NCBI GenBank assembly: GCA_050613775.1
Contig: JBODTK010000135.1
Location: 186,001-250,000 of the forward strand
DNA from: Neocallimastix sp. 'constans'
Lineage: Eukaryota
Length of the DNA stretch: 64,000 bases
Reading direction: 5' to 3'
The notes beneath the pieces were generated by a model. It made no database searches. It saw only the letters and a program-made list of their open reading frames with translations, and was not told the origin of the DNA. How positions within the stretch are numbered: position 1 is the stretch's first letter; each line of letters opens with the position of its first letter. The translations under genes were made by a program, and so were the position numbers. This document shows, piece after piece, positions 40,407-51,538 of the stretch.

Positions 40407-43400
40407 TCAAGCTTCTCTGTAAGCGGAGTTAAACTTTACTAAATTTTTAAAATGAACATTCCTATCGAGTTGTTTCCCAGTTTTCTGATCGATTAAGGTT
40501 GCCGTGTTGAATTGAATTTTTAAAATTTTAAATGGTCCATTGTAATATGGTTCTAGCTTAGTGCGGCTAAAGTTTCTAACAAGAACAAGATCACCAGCTT
40601 TTAATTCTTTTCCTTTTTTCATACTTATTTGTTCTTCTCGTCTTGTTGCCCAATACTTGTTAGCATTCTTCACATTTTCGCATGCTTCTCTAGTCCATTG
40701 ATAATGACGAACAAATTTTTCCATTAAAATTTCATCATACGATTTACCTGCATTTTCAATTGTTCTTATGGCTATATCATAAGGCTGTTGGTCTTCTCTT
40801 CCATATACTAATTCAAAACTAGAATGTCCGGTAGCTGTGTTTTTGGTAGTTCGAAGTGCCCATAAAGCAGAAGGTAAAACTTCATCCCAATCTTGATTTT
40901 TCCTTCCTAATAAACGAAGTAATTTTCCAATTTCTTTATTTCGGTTTTCAGTGAGACCATTGGATTCAGGGTGATAGGTAGCTATGAATTTTACATAAAC
41001 ATCATAAAGATCAAGAAAGATTTTAGTCATATCAGAAGTGAATTGGACTCCATTATCAGTAGTAATAACTTGAGGTACACCATGTCTTGCAAAAACGTTT
41101 ATTAAAAATTTAATTATATCAGAGGAAGTTATGTTTTCAGTGGGTTCGGCTTCAACCCATTTGGTAAAGTAATCAACAGTTACTATAATATATTGATTAT
41201 TATTTCTTGTTTTTGGTAACGGTCCTATAATATCTAATCCTAAATGCACAAAGGGACCCTCCACTTTAGTTGGATGGTTTTCGGTTGGTTCTGGATATGG
41301 TTGAGGACGATTTAACTGGCATTTTTCACAATTACTAACAATTCTTTTGATATCTTTAATCATATGATTCCAATAAAAGTTTTTCTTAAGTCTTTGATAT
41401 GTTTTGTAATATCCTTCGTGGCCAATATTATGAGCTTCTAAAATTAATTTAAACCTTTCATTTTCGTCCGTTATTAATTTTCTATAATTTCCATTGTCGA
41501 TAAAATAATCTTCACCATCAATAACAGTAAACTTTTCATTAATAAATTCCTTTATAACTTTAGATAATAATTCTTCATTATTTCCATTAGTAATTTTTGT
41601 TAATAATATCTTTCTCTCTTCCTTACTTTTCATTCTTAAAAGAGCATCAGCTAACACATTCTTTTTGCCTGATTCATATTTTATATTAATTCCGAGCATA
41701 CTAGCGGTTAGACACCATCTTGTTTGCCTTGCATTCAAAGGTTCTTTATTCTTAAATAAACCAACTAATGGTTTATGATCTGTGTAAATAGTTGTAGGTA
41801 ATGGATTTCCTTCAATATAAGATTTAAATTTAGTCATACAGTAAAACAAAGCGGTTCCTTCTAAATCGGTAATACCATAATTCTTTTCAGCTTTCTTTAA
41901 ACTTCTACTTATAAAGTGTATTGGATGCTCCTTACCGGTTTCTTCTTCTTTTTGTAAAAGAACTCCACCAATTCCATTATACGAAGCATCAGTTCTAATG
42001 ATAAAAGGTTTGTCAAATGACGGAAATTTTAGAATAGGTGCATTGATTAATTTTTCTTTTAGGAGTTCAAAGCTTTCTTGTTGTTCTTTATTCCATTCAT
42101 ATTTAGTATTCTTTTTCAATAATTTACATAAAGGTGAGGTAATTTGAGCATATTTAGGAATAAAGTCACGATAATATCCTATTGCTCCTAGAAATGATCT
42201 TAATTCATGAATTGATGAAGGGGCTTCCCACTTCTTAATAGCTGTTATTTTACTTTCCATGGGACTTAATCCTTTAGTAGTAAGTTTGTGACCTAATACA
42301 TCAACTTCAGTTTGAAGAAAATGGCACTTTTCAATATTAATTTTTAACTTGTTTTCTTTAAATACTTCTAATACTTGTTTAATATGAATTAAATGTTCTT
42401 CGATACTTTTTGAATAGATCAAAACATCATCAATAAATACGTAAACAAATTCACCAATAAAAGGGAATAAAATTTTATTCATTTCTCTTTGGAAGGTTGA
42501 GGGAGCTCCAGTAAGTCCAAAAGGCATAACCTTAAATTGATAATTTCCAAACTTAGTAGTGAAAGTGGTTACTTCAACGCTTTCTTCATCCATTAAGATT
42601 TGGTGAAAACCAGAAAATAAATCAAGAGTTGTAAATATTTTAGCTCCTCCGAGACTATCAAAAATTTCATCTATATATGGAACTGAATAAGAATCTTTTT
42701 CTGTCATATCATTGACTTTTCGGTAGTCAATGCACAAGCGCCACTTTCCATTGTGTTTTAGAATGAGTACTACTGGAGATGACCATTCTGAACAGGATGG
42801 TTCTATCAATCCTTTCTTAATAAGCTTTGTAAGTTCTTCTTTTAAGATATCTGATTTTAATTTAGTTAACCTATAACTTCTTAATTTTACTGGCTTTGCA
42901 TTTGCTTTCAAACGGATCTTATGTGGTGAAAGTTTAGAAGGAGTTAGTTCTTCTGTTGAAGTGGCAACTATGTCAATCATTTCTTTGAGAATTTTAATAA
43001 TTTGTTCTTTATAATCTTTATTTAAGGTACTTAAAAATTCATCACTCTCAATAAATTCCATTGGAGTTAATTCCTTTATAATTTCCTTTTCATTATTCGT
43101 TTCTTTAACTTTTCTAATAGTGCAAATTATACTTTCTTCATCATAATATTGATTATTTATTTTAGCTATTTCTTCGTATTCACTTTCTGACAAAAGTTTA
43201 CATAAACTGTTTAAGGTCGGATGAATAAATAAACAATGATCGATTTGAGTTTTAAAGTTTATTAACATATCATAAAATGAGTCTTCTTTCTCAATAATTC
43301 TAAAGTCCGCATTAAATTCATAATTATTAATTTTTACTGGTAATTGAACAATAATTCCTTCCGAGTATTCTTCATCTTGTGTTGCTAGTTGGATTCTTCC

Positions 43401-44417
43401 ACGACTTTTTCCAACTGTTTCATATTCACCAGGTAATTTATCAAAATACTGCTTAGTAACGATGCTTAGGTTACTACAAGAATCAATTAAAAGTTTTCCT
43501 AGTACTCCGTCAACACTTGCATCAACCATTGCTAAGTCTTCTTCGGCTACTTCATTACTTTTACTTATGTAGCTATGATCATAGTTATTCACTAATAAAG
43601 TTCGTGCTATTACATTGTCTACAGTTCCAATTATTTTAGATTTTTCTAACTTTAAACCTTGAGTTAATTGTGAACGAATTTTCGGACATGCATTCAAGAG
43701 TTGACCTATCGTAATACTGGATTTAAGATTATTTAAATCATCCATAATATTGTAAGGTTCTTTATTATTCATCATTTTGATATTCCTTTTTACTAACTGA
43801 GTATTTTCATTATTAGTTTCTTTAGTTTTTGTTGAAATTAATTTTTCCAAAGTATTAGTTTTATTTTGTTGATTATCTTTATTCATTTCTATATCTTCTA
43901 TTTCATTATCGATTACAAGTATATCTTCAGATTCAACTTTTTTCTTTCCTTTTGATGAATAATTGTTGTTTTCTTCTTTACTTTCTCTTACTCTTGTTAT
44001 ATTTCTTAATTCCTTTTCTTTTTGTTTTTCTTTGTTAATATTTGGTTGAGTTAAAATTGAAGGAAGTATTTGATTTTTATAAACTTTATTTGGTTTATTA
44101 TGTAGCTCATTTTCTTTCTTCTTTCTTAAAGCAGGAGTTGCGAAAGGACGTGGATTATCTTTTAAACTTTTATGTACTTTCTTGGAATTATTTTCTTCCT
44201 TTTCGCTGTTATTATCATTCATTTTTCTTTTTATAGCATTTATAATGATATTATCCTCACTTTCAGTTGTGTCACTAAAATCAGATTCTTCAGATTCTTT
44301 ATTAAAGGAATTATTATCAATTGGGGTATTCTTGGTAAAAGTATTATTTTGTAAATTATTTAATGAAGCTATTGTTTTGTCATTGGGAGTGCTTCTGCTC
44401 CCATTTAGAAGTTTAAA
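40407..44417 (-). CDS. pol: Pol of element E (via -1 frameshift)
   Basis: LIDSCS, FIDD, TDAS, HHCC, DDE; close homolog of C pol. Confidence 0.94.
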   Translation of the reverse strand, partial: FKLLNGSRSTPNDKTIASLNNLQNNTFTKNTPIDNNSFNKESEESDFSDTTESEDNIIINAIKRKMNDNNSEKEENNSKKVHKSLKDNPRPFATPALRKKKENELHNKPNKVYKNQILPSILTQPNINKEKQKEKELRNITRVRESKEENNNYSSKGKKKVESEDILVIDNEIEDIEMNKDNQQNKTNTLEKLISTKTKETNNENTQLVKRNIKMMNNKEPYNIMDDLNNLKSSITIGQLLNACPKIRSQLTQGLKLEKSKIIGTVDNVIARTLLVNNYDHSYISKSNEVAEEDLAMVDASVDGVLGKLLIDSCSNLSIVTKQYFDKLPGEYETVGKSRGRIQLATQDEEYSEGIIVQLPVKINNYEFNADFRIIEKEDSFYDMLINFKTQIDHCLFIHPTLNSLCKLLSESEYEEIAKINNQYYDEESIICTIRKVKETNNEKEIIKELTPMEFIESDEFLSTLNKDYKEQIIKILKEMIDIVATSTEELTPSKLSPHKIRLKANAKPVKLRSYRLTKLKSDILKEELTKLIKKGLIEPSCSEWSSPVVLILKHNGKWRLCIDYRKVNDMTEKDSYSVPYIDEIFDSLGGAKIFTTLDLFSGFHQILMDEESVEVTTFTTKFGNYQFKVMPFGLTGAPSTFQREMNKILFPFIGEFVYVFIDDVLIYSKSIEEHLIHIKQVLEVFKENKLKINIEKCHFLQTEVDVLGHKLTTKGLSPMESKITAIKKWEAPSSIHELRSFLGAIGYYRDFIPKYAQITSPLCKLLKKNTKYEWNKEQQESFELLKEKLINAPILKFPSFDKPFIIRTDASYNGIGGVLLQKEEETGKEHPIHFISRSLKKAEKNYGITDLEGTALFYCMTKFKSYIEGNPLPTTIYTDHKPLVGLFKNKEPLNARQTRWCLTASMLGINIKYESGKKNVLADALLRMKSKEERKILLTKITNGNNEELLSKVIKEFINEKFTVIDGEDYFIDNGNYRKLITDENERFKLILEAHNIGHEGYYKTYQRLKKNFYWNHMIKDIKRIVSNCEKCQLNRPQPYPEPTENHPTKVEGPFVHLGLDIIGPLPKTRNNNQYIIVTVDYFTKWVEAEPTENITSSDIIKFLINVFARHGVPQVITTDNGVQFTSDMTKIFLDLYDVYVKFIATYHPESNGLTENRNKEIGKLLRLLGRKNQDWDEVLPSALWALRTTKNTATGHSSFELVYGREDQQPYDIAIRTIENAGKSYDEILMEKFVRHYQWTREACENVKNANKYWATRREEQISMKKGKELKAGDLVLVRNFSRTKLEPYYNGPFKILKIQFNTATLIDQKTGKQLDRNVHFKNLVKFNSAYREA

Positions 44418-45310
44418 GACTTTTTGGAATATATTTCTTTTTTATTTTTTTCCATAATCTTATTTAATTGAGGGCAATAGTATGAGTAATGACCTTCTTC
44501 CTTACAGAAGAAGCAAGTTTTAACAGATAAATTTCTCATTTTCTGGGTTGATTCTTCTATAATATCTTGAGGTTTCAGTTTATTATTTGTTTGACTTGTT
44601 TGGAAAGTTTCGTTTCTTCTTTTAGGATAAAGTCTTGAAGTAGTACTGTTTTGATTATTTTGATTATGCTGGGAATTATTAACATTATAGGTATTAATAT
44701 TATTGTTCCTTACAGAAAGTCTATCTACTTTCTCGGCAATTTTGAAAGCTTTCTCCATACTTATATCATCTTTAAGGGATAATTTCTTCCAGGCTTCATA
44801 ATTATTTTGAATAGAGTCAATATAATCTAGTACACCAATGCGCTTTCTTCTCTTTTTATCAAGTTTAGTGTACAAAGTTCTATATCTTACATTAAAGTCT
44901 TTAATCTTTTCGTTTCTTTTAATTCGCATTGCACGAAGTTCTTTAAGAAGTAAATTTTGGTCTTCTTTAATACCGTAAAAATTTTCAAGACTTGAAATAA
45001 TTTTTTCAAGAGAAGGAAATTTATCATCATCAACATTTTCTTCTTCATCATCTTCTTCTTCATCTGATGAATCATCACTTTCATCATCACTATCTTCTCC
45101 CAAATCTTCAATAACGCGTTGTACTTCACCAGAGCTGGTAAGTAAACAAGCATTAAATATTGTTTCCGGATCTGTGATACCTTGTATCTTGATCCAAAGT
45201 TTTAATTCAGTAGCCCAGGACTTTATATCTAAATTGTCCTTGCTAAGCTTCACTATGTCTCGTAATTCTTTCTTTAATTCTTTAAAACTTAAAGTACTTT
45301 TAGTAGACAT
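44405..45310 (-). CDS. gag: Gag of element E
   Basis: 301 aa with CFFCKEEGHYSYYC knuckle. Confidence 0.92.
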   Translation of the reverse strand: MSTKSTLSFKELKKELRDIVKLSKDNLDIKSWATELKLWIKIQGITDPETIFNACLLTSSGEVQRVIEDLGEDSDDESDDSSDEEEDDEEENVDDDKFPSLEKIISSLENFYGIKEDQNLLLKELRAMRIKRNEKIKDFNVRYRTLYTKLDKKRRKRIGVLDYIDSIQNNYEAWKKLSLKDDISMEKAFKIAEKVDRLSVRNNNINTYNVNNSQHNQNNQNSTTSRLYPKRRNETFQTSQTNNKLKPQDIIEESTQKMRNLSVKTCFFCKEEGHYSYYCPQLNKIMEKNKKEIYSKKSLNF

Positions 45311-47015
45311 TTCGTTTTTAGTTAATAATTTTTTTATTGTAAATTAACGAGGTTATTAAATACGAATAAATTTGAAAGTCCAACTTTAAAAATATAATTT
45401 AACAAGTAATTTAATATCGAATCAAATTTTAAAACAATATATCTTAGTAATTTTTGAAAATAATAATTTTATTTGCTTTCTTTAGTAAGTATAAGCTCGA
45501 AATCCTTATCGACAACTTAGTAGAAATTATAAAGCACGAGGTTCTTTTCGACTACTTTTTTAAGAATAATTTTAAGTTCGAAATCTTTATCGACAACTTA
45601 ATAGAATAATTTTAAGTTCGAAATCTTTATCGACAACTTAATAGAATATTTTTCAAGCTCGAAATCTTTATCGACCACTTGAATTTTGTAATTTAGTATA
45701 TTTGTAGTAATAAATTTAGAAGCAAAGTTTTATTTATTATTTTCACCTTTCAAAAATTTTTCTTTTTAAACGATAAATATTGTATTGTTATAGCTAATAA
45801 AATTATTAATTAATTATAATTATTAAATACAAAAAAATAATCTTTATTGTCGTACAATCTGATAGTACACACTGTCTGACGTGCAGCTTACCTAATGGTG
45901 TCATGCCACGCGTGTGCCACGATTACTATATTCAATATAAAATATAGCAGTTCAGAGCCCACTAGCCCAATTACTATGTAGGATAAACTTAATCCGATAA
46001 TCTATGTACGGAATAAAAAAATTTTAAAAGTATTCAATAATATTTTTATTAACTAATAAAAATTAACTAAAAACACAATATTTTCAAAGTAAATTAAGAT
46101 TCTATTACAGGAATTATATAACAAATAAAGTACCAGTAATAAAAAAAAATAAAAAAAATTTAAATGGCGAAGTTAGCCAAAGTCTGATACTTTATATAAT
46201 AAAGTGCCTTATAACTAGCACAAAGAAAAGTAAAAAAAAATTATATAAAAAAAACAATCTTACGCCTTCGGTGACGTAAGCTCCTTATTCGCCAGTGCTT
46301 GGAAAGTACCCGCACCTTCGTGTGTTGAAACGTTGAAGGTTGAACTATTATTACCGGGTCGGTAACCAAATACCTTCGTCTACTTTCCAATTAATCTCCA
46401 AATTAACTACTATTCAATAACCTACTATGAATAGAGTTAATTTGTTGCTATCTGAGAATACACTGTGTATGAGCTCTATCCGCTCCTTGTTATAATTTTA
46501 CAAAATTTGTTTTTTTAGAATCTTAATTTTACTTATTTAAAAAAAAAAAATTTTTTTTTTTTATATATATATATCAAACAAGCGCCATAGGTTAATCAAA
46601 GGATTAACGACTTACTTGTTTATCAATATAAAATAAAAAAAAAATTAAAAAAAAAATCTATGTTATTTACTATTATTTCTATTTAATTCCCCGATATCGC
46701 CACCATATAAATGTTAAGGTTTTAGAGAATTAAATAAAAATAAAGTAAGAAACACAAATTTTATTTATTTATTTATTATTTTTATTTATAAATTTATTTG
46801 ATTTTATTTGATGATATTTAAAAATTAGTAGCAAAATTTACAACTATTTATACTTTTTTTTTCAAGGCATAAAAGTTGTTCTTGCCACTAAATTACATTT
46901 TATTATTATTTTTCTTTTTATATATAAAAACTATTAAATTTAAATTGATTTTTATAATCAATTATATAAAATTTAATTATAACAATATAAATAAAATACA
47001 TTTATAATATTAATA

Positions 47016-47079
<64 letters not shown>

Positions 47080-47582
47080 CTATCTAAAATATTACTAATA
47101 AGAATTTATTTAATTGGCTAAAATTTTTATTACAATCTGTTAAAATATTCAAATAAAAATAAAAATACTATTCTAATATAAAGGTTTTTAATAAAATAAA
47201 ATATTTTTCAATATAAAATAAAACATTTCGATATAAAATTTTATAATAAAAGTTAAAATATAATATATAAATTTTTAATTATCAATATATAAAAATATTA
47301 TTAATACAAATTTTCATTATTAATATAAAAATAAAAAAATAAGATTTATTATTAATATTGTTAATATAAGTTTTAAATATATAAAAATATTACTATTAAT
47401 ATAAGATTTAATATAAAAATTATAAAGTTTAATATAATTTTTGATCTAATTTTTAATCTTTGAATTTAAAAATTTATTAAAGTACAAAAATAATAATGTA
47501 CACATAATGTATTAGAAATAAATCGTAGATTTAATTAAGAATGCATTATTTAGTACATTCTTATTAATCAGTTAGTAAAATT

Positions 47583-47660
47583 AGAACTTTGGTTCAATGG
47601 TTAGTTACATTGACCATGACCAATACTTCATGGGTTCGACTCACACCTCAACCCATTTTG
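47583..47660 (+). promoter_or_regulatory. tRNA-type Pol III internal promoter in LTR X U3
   Basis: A box TGGTTCAATGG (47590-47600), B box GGTTCGACTC (47633-47642), 32-nt spacing, T4 downstream; copies at 8288-8340 (-) and a partial copy at 20793-20841. Confidence 0.75.
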
Positions 47661-48203
47661 CATAAATAATTATTTTATTAATTATTTTATTAATTATTAA
47701 TAATATCTTCTTGAATATTCTTTCTGTATAAAATTATAGAAAGTTAAAGATTCTTTCGGTTCGTAATTCAACCGAAATGAATTTAGAAATTCTTATTATA
47801 TAAATTATTTTATTCTTTTTTGATAAGATTCATTTTCATCAATTAAAATCTATATTCTAGAAACTTTACATTATTAATTATTACAAACATATTTCTAAAT
47901 ATTTCTTTAAAATTATTTTTACATGTTAAAACTGTTTTTCCGTTAAAAGTATAAATAGTGCGAACTTCACGAATGAAAATATTTTTCTTCGTGCTTTTAT
48001 TAATAATAATTAACGTATAAGTAATTCGAAATATTACCTTGTTGATTAATATTAATAATTATTTTAAATTTTATAATTAATAAAAAATATTTCTAATAAA
48101 ACGAATTATTTATACAGATAGTGTAAACCTATTGAGTTTTCTCCTTTCTGTGTTTCTATACCACGTCCCGCCGTTACAATAGAAGCACCTCCGTTACAAC
48201 TAT

Positions 48204-48638
48204 AAACATTTTATTGAAAATAATAACAGTGAAATTCCAACAACACCTGAAAATATTTTAATTCCTGAACCACCAAGTACTCCTAATATTAGAAAAATCC
48301 AAGAAAATATTATTGACCTTACTCAATCTGATAGTGATGATATTATTGAAGAAGAGAATGAAGAAGAAAAGGAAGAACTATTAATACGTTCCTGTTTTAG
48401 TGAAGATGAACTCGAAAGTTTATTCGAAGAATGGTATGAAAATCATAATTATGAAGATCAATATGATCCAACTATTATTGAATGGTGTGATAAATATGAT
48501 ACTTTTGCTAAATATTTAAAATCAATTTTACAAAATAGATTAAAATGTAAAAACTTAGATGCATTATTAAAAAATAGAAATAGTTTAGTAAATAAATTAT
48601 TAAAAGGAAAAGAACCTGATAATGGTTCAACTTTATAA
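48204..48638 (+). pseudogene. rep: C-terminal part of the interrupted Rep
   Basis: After removing LTR X and one TSD the frame continues KESFYY|KHFIENN... for 144 codons to TAA. Confidence 0.8.
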
Positions 48639-49070
48639 ATAAAATAAATCATGTATTAATAAGTTTTTAATCTTGTAATTATAAATAAAATAATTAATAA
48701 AGTTTTCTTATTAAAACATAAATATATATTAATTGTTTATAATTTAAGTGTTTTTCTTTTTTTTTTATTATTCAATTATCTCGCTCTAAATTTTTAATTT
48801 TGGAATTAATTAAAAACACAGAGTCTCGTCGATAATTGTTATATTAATTGTATTATGTGTAAATCAACATCGAATGAGATCCAGTAGGTCACTCTACGAT
48901 TTGACAACTCTTAAAATACTTCACTACCGCAGGCCCTTCGGGGTTGATTTTTTATACGCCGTATAATTTCATTTCTACTCTGTACTATTAATCACCCCTT
49001 TAAAGCTACCGTTACGTTCTTTTAATGATGCACTTCATACGGTTAGATTGTTTGGCCATCTAACAACTTA

Positions 49071-49600
49071 TCCAGGGGTCTTCTTTTTTAATATTTACAT
49101 ACTATTACTTCGCAATTCCACCTTTCTATTTTTCTATTTTTACCACTATTTTAACCACGTTTAAGTGATCCTAAATTGATAAACAACCTAATAAATATCC
49201 TATAAATCCATAGATATAACAACACATAACTTTTGATATAAACATCATAAATAATAATATTTACAACAACCATAATTTTTTTAAAACTTGAATTTCTCTG
49301 GCAAAACAAAACATTTTTTAAAAACAAATTACATCAATAAATTCTACTCATTTTAAGCTTTCTAACGATACCAAAATTATTACCTATTAACATAATAAAC
49401 ATACCAAAAATATTAAAATTAAAAAAATTTACTATCAAAAAGTGACCTTTTACCTATCAAAAGTGGACTTTCATCAACAAAAGTGGACTTTTAAATTTTA
49501 CAAATCTAACCTCATTTTCTAACCTACAAATCTAAATGAACACTTCATTATAATTTAAATAAATCACACCAAAATAAATGAATAACACAAATTAAATAAA
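49071..49600 (+). repeat. Left arm of ~530-bp inverted repeat flanking the capsid module
   Basis: Near-perfect reverse complement of 53459-53987. Confidence 0.95.
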
Positions 49601-49762
49601 AAACTAACTATATTATAAATTTAATATACCATTTCATACCCATAGCATAATTTATCTTTATTTATCTTTAATCATCCATCGTAATCATACATAAAATACA
49701 TCATTTAATAACAAATAAAACAAATAATAAATATAACTATAAATAAATAATGACTATCCTTC

Positions 49763-50629
49763 TTAAATATACTTATTATAACGTAAACCTCTAAAAGTGA
49801 TATCAATACTGAACTCAATATCAAAAGTAGTAGGATACAACTTATTAGTACCAATAACTTTATGTACTAATTCTCCTCTTTCATAAGTAAAGAAAGATTG
49901 TGTACTAACTGGGTTTGGTGAACGAACTGCAAGTAATAAAGTAGGTTTAAAAGCTAAAGATGGTGAACAAAGAATATTATTAGGTAAATCTTTATTTTCA
50001 ATAGCATCTCCTAAATCATAATAATATGGTTCCCTATTCAATCTTTCATATTGACCTTTTAAATCTCTTGTTGACACATATTGACTTTTTTCTTGACTTG
50101 TACTTGGATAAAGCATACGTGTAATACCTTCTGAAGATCCTGGTCCTAAATGTTTAGTAATAGCACTAGAATAATTTTCAATACTACCTGCAATAATACA
50201 ATATCTATCACCTCTCATATCCTTAATAAATTGACTTTCATCAAGTCCGGATCTATCCAATGTTGTAATAACCATTAAAGATCTTGGTAAACTATATCCT
50301 TTTTCTGGATTAGAATCTCTTGAAGTAGCCCAAACAACTGGTGTAATTTTAACTTTAATGGCATTAATTTTGAATTGATCATATATTTCAGAATAATTTT
50401 GATAATATTCAGTATTTAACAATACATCATAAATATTGACTGCTAAAGTACCACTATCAATGAATTTATTTTCATAAATTCCTTCATTATTATCTGAAAC
50501 ATCTAACGTAACTTCGTTATATGTTTGGCCACAACTAAATGATTTATTACAATTAATTATTACGTTAGTACTATCTCTTTGCTGATCAGCAAATTTACGA
50601 TTATAATATATTCTACGTCTAAATGACAT
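49763..50629 (-). CDS. cap: CRESS-virus-like capsid protein paralog 2
   Basis: Basic N-terminus MSFRRRIYYNRK; YSEIYDQFKINAIKVKITP; C-terminal DITFRGLR; colinear with 51539-52945. Confidence 0.8.
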   Translation of the reverse strand: MSFRRRIYYNRKFADQQRDSTNVIINCNKSFSCGQTYNEVTLDVSDNNEGIYENKFIDSGTLAVNIYDVLLNTEYYQNYSEIYDQFKINAIKVKITPVVWATSRDSNPEKGYSLPRSLMVITTLDRSGLDESQFIKDMRGDRYCIIAGSIENYSSAITKHLGPGSSEGITRMLYPSTSQEKSQYVSTRDLKGQYERLNREPYYYDLGDAIENKDLPNNILCSPSLAFKPTLLLAVRSPNPVSTQSFFTYERGELVHKVIGTNKLYPTTFDIEFSIDITFRGLRYNKYI

Positions 50630-50779
50630 TTTGATGATAAACGTTTATAAACACTAAAATATTGCGAATTTTTACACTTATTTATACTTTTTTTTTATTT
50701 TTAAGTTGATCTTATGATCATTTTTATTAAACTTTATTAATTTTATTTTTAATTTTAAAATTATTTATTATTTTATAAT

Positions 50780-51404
50780 TTAAGTAAGTGAACAAGCAAA
50801 TAAACTTTGATAGAGATACAAAGATGATGCATTAGCAAATGTCTGTGTATAGATATCCATTTGTAATGAAACAAATTTAGTTAATTCATTAATACCATTA
50901 CAGAAATAAAGATATTTATCATTAGAATAATCTAACGTAGTATTATAATAAATAGGAACATCCGAAACCGCATAATTTTGAGCACTAGTTGAACTATTAT
51001 ATACTGCCGTAATTTGGAAAGATTCAGTACCTCTTTTAATTAATAATAAAACTTTTCCTGCTGGAATAGATATATTTCCAGATGTAGTGAATTTAATGAA
51101 ATTAGTTGTATTAATAGCTACTTTTTTCGTTGTTCCACTTGTTTTAACAACATATGCAATACTAGGTTGTGGTATTTTTATACTTGAATAACCAATTGTA
51201 TTATTTGGGGGTGTTAAAGTCTTACCATAATCTGTTTGACTTGTGCCTGGATACATTGCCAATGTAGGATATACAGAAACACTTGCCATAGCATCATACC
51301 CCGTACTTGGATTAATAGTAGCATAACCATTATTAAGAGTCGTGATTGTAAAATCTCTTACATCTTCGATATTTAATTGCGGTCCACTAGATTCTTTATT
51401 AGAA
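50780..51404 (-). CDS. Beta-rich viral ORF; probable spliced C-terminal extension of capsid 1
   Basis: Frame is open upstream of ATG 51289 to an acceptor TTTATTATTTATAG (G at 51405); in phase with donor GTAAGT at 51542. Confidence 0.6.
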
Positions 51405-51538
51405 CTATAAATAATAAATAAATAAATATATACACATTTTAACTGTGTAAATATTAATTAATATCTTATAAGATATTAAGTAAGTTTAAGAAAAAAATTA
51501 AATTATTATAAACAAAATGACTAGTCGTGGGTATCTAC

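Larger units (their letters stand above)
39534..47566 (-). mobile_element. Element E: full-length Ty3/gypsy retrotransposon
   Basis: LTRs 39534-40388 and 46712-47566, TSD ATCA, PBS TGGTGGCGATATCGGGGA, PPT CGGGGCATCT. Confidence 0.97.

Noticed and set aside
45493..45682. CRISPR-like repeat array (also 27452-27660)
   Set aside because: Degenerate repeats, short similar spacers, no cas genes, and located in eukaryotic retrotransposon leaders.
47583..47655. Functional tRNA gene
   Set aside because: A and B boxes are present but acceptor and D stems do not pair, and it lies within an LTR; treated as a promoter-like mimic.
49100..49108. TACTATTAC as a CRESS nonanucleotide origin
   Set aside because: Matches NANTATTAC but has no flanking stem, and such a match is expected by chance in AT-rich DNA.
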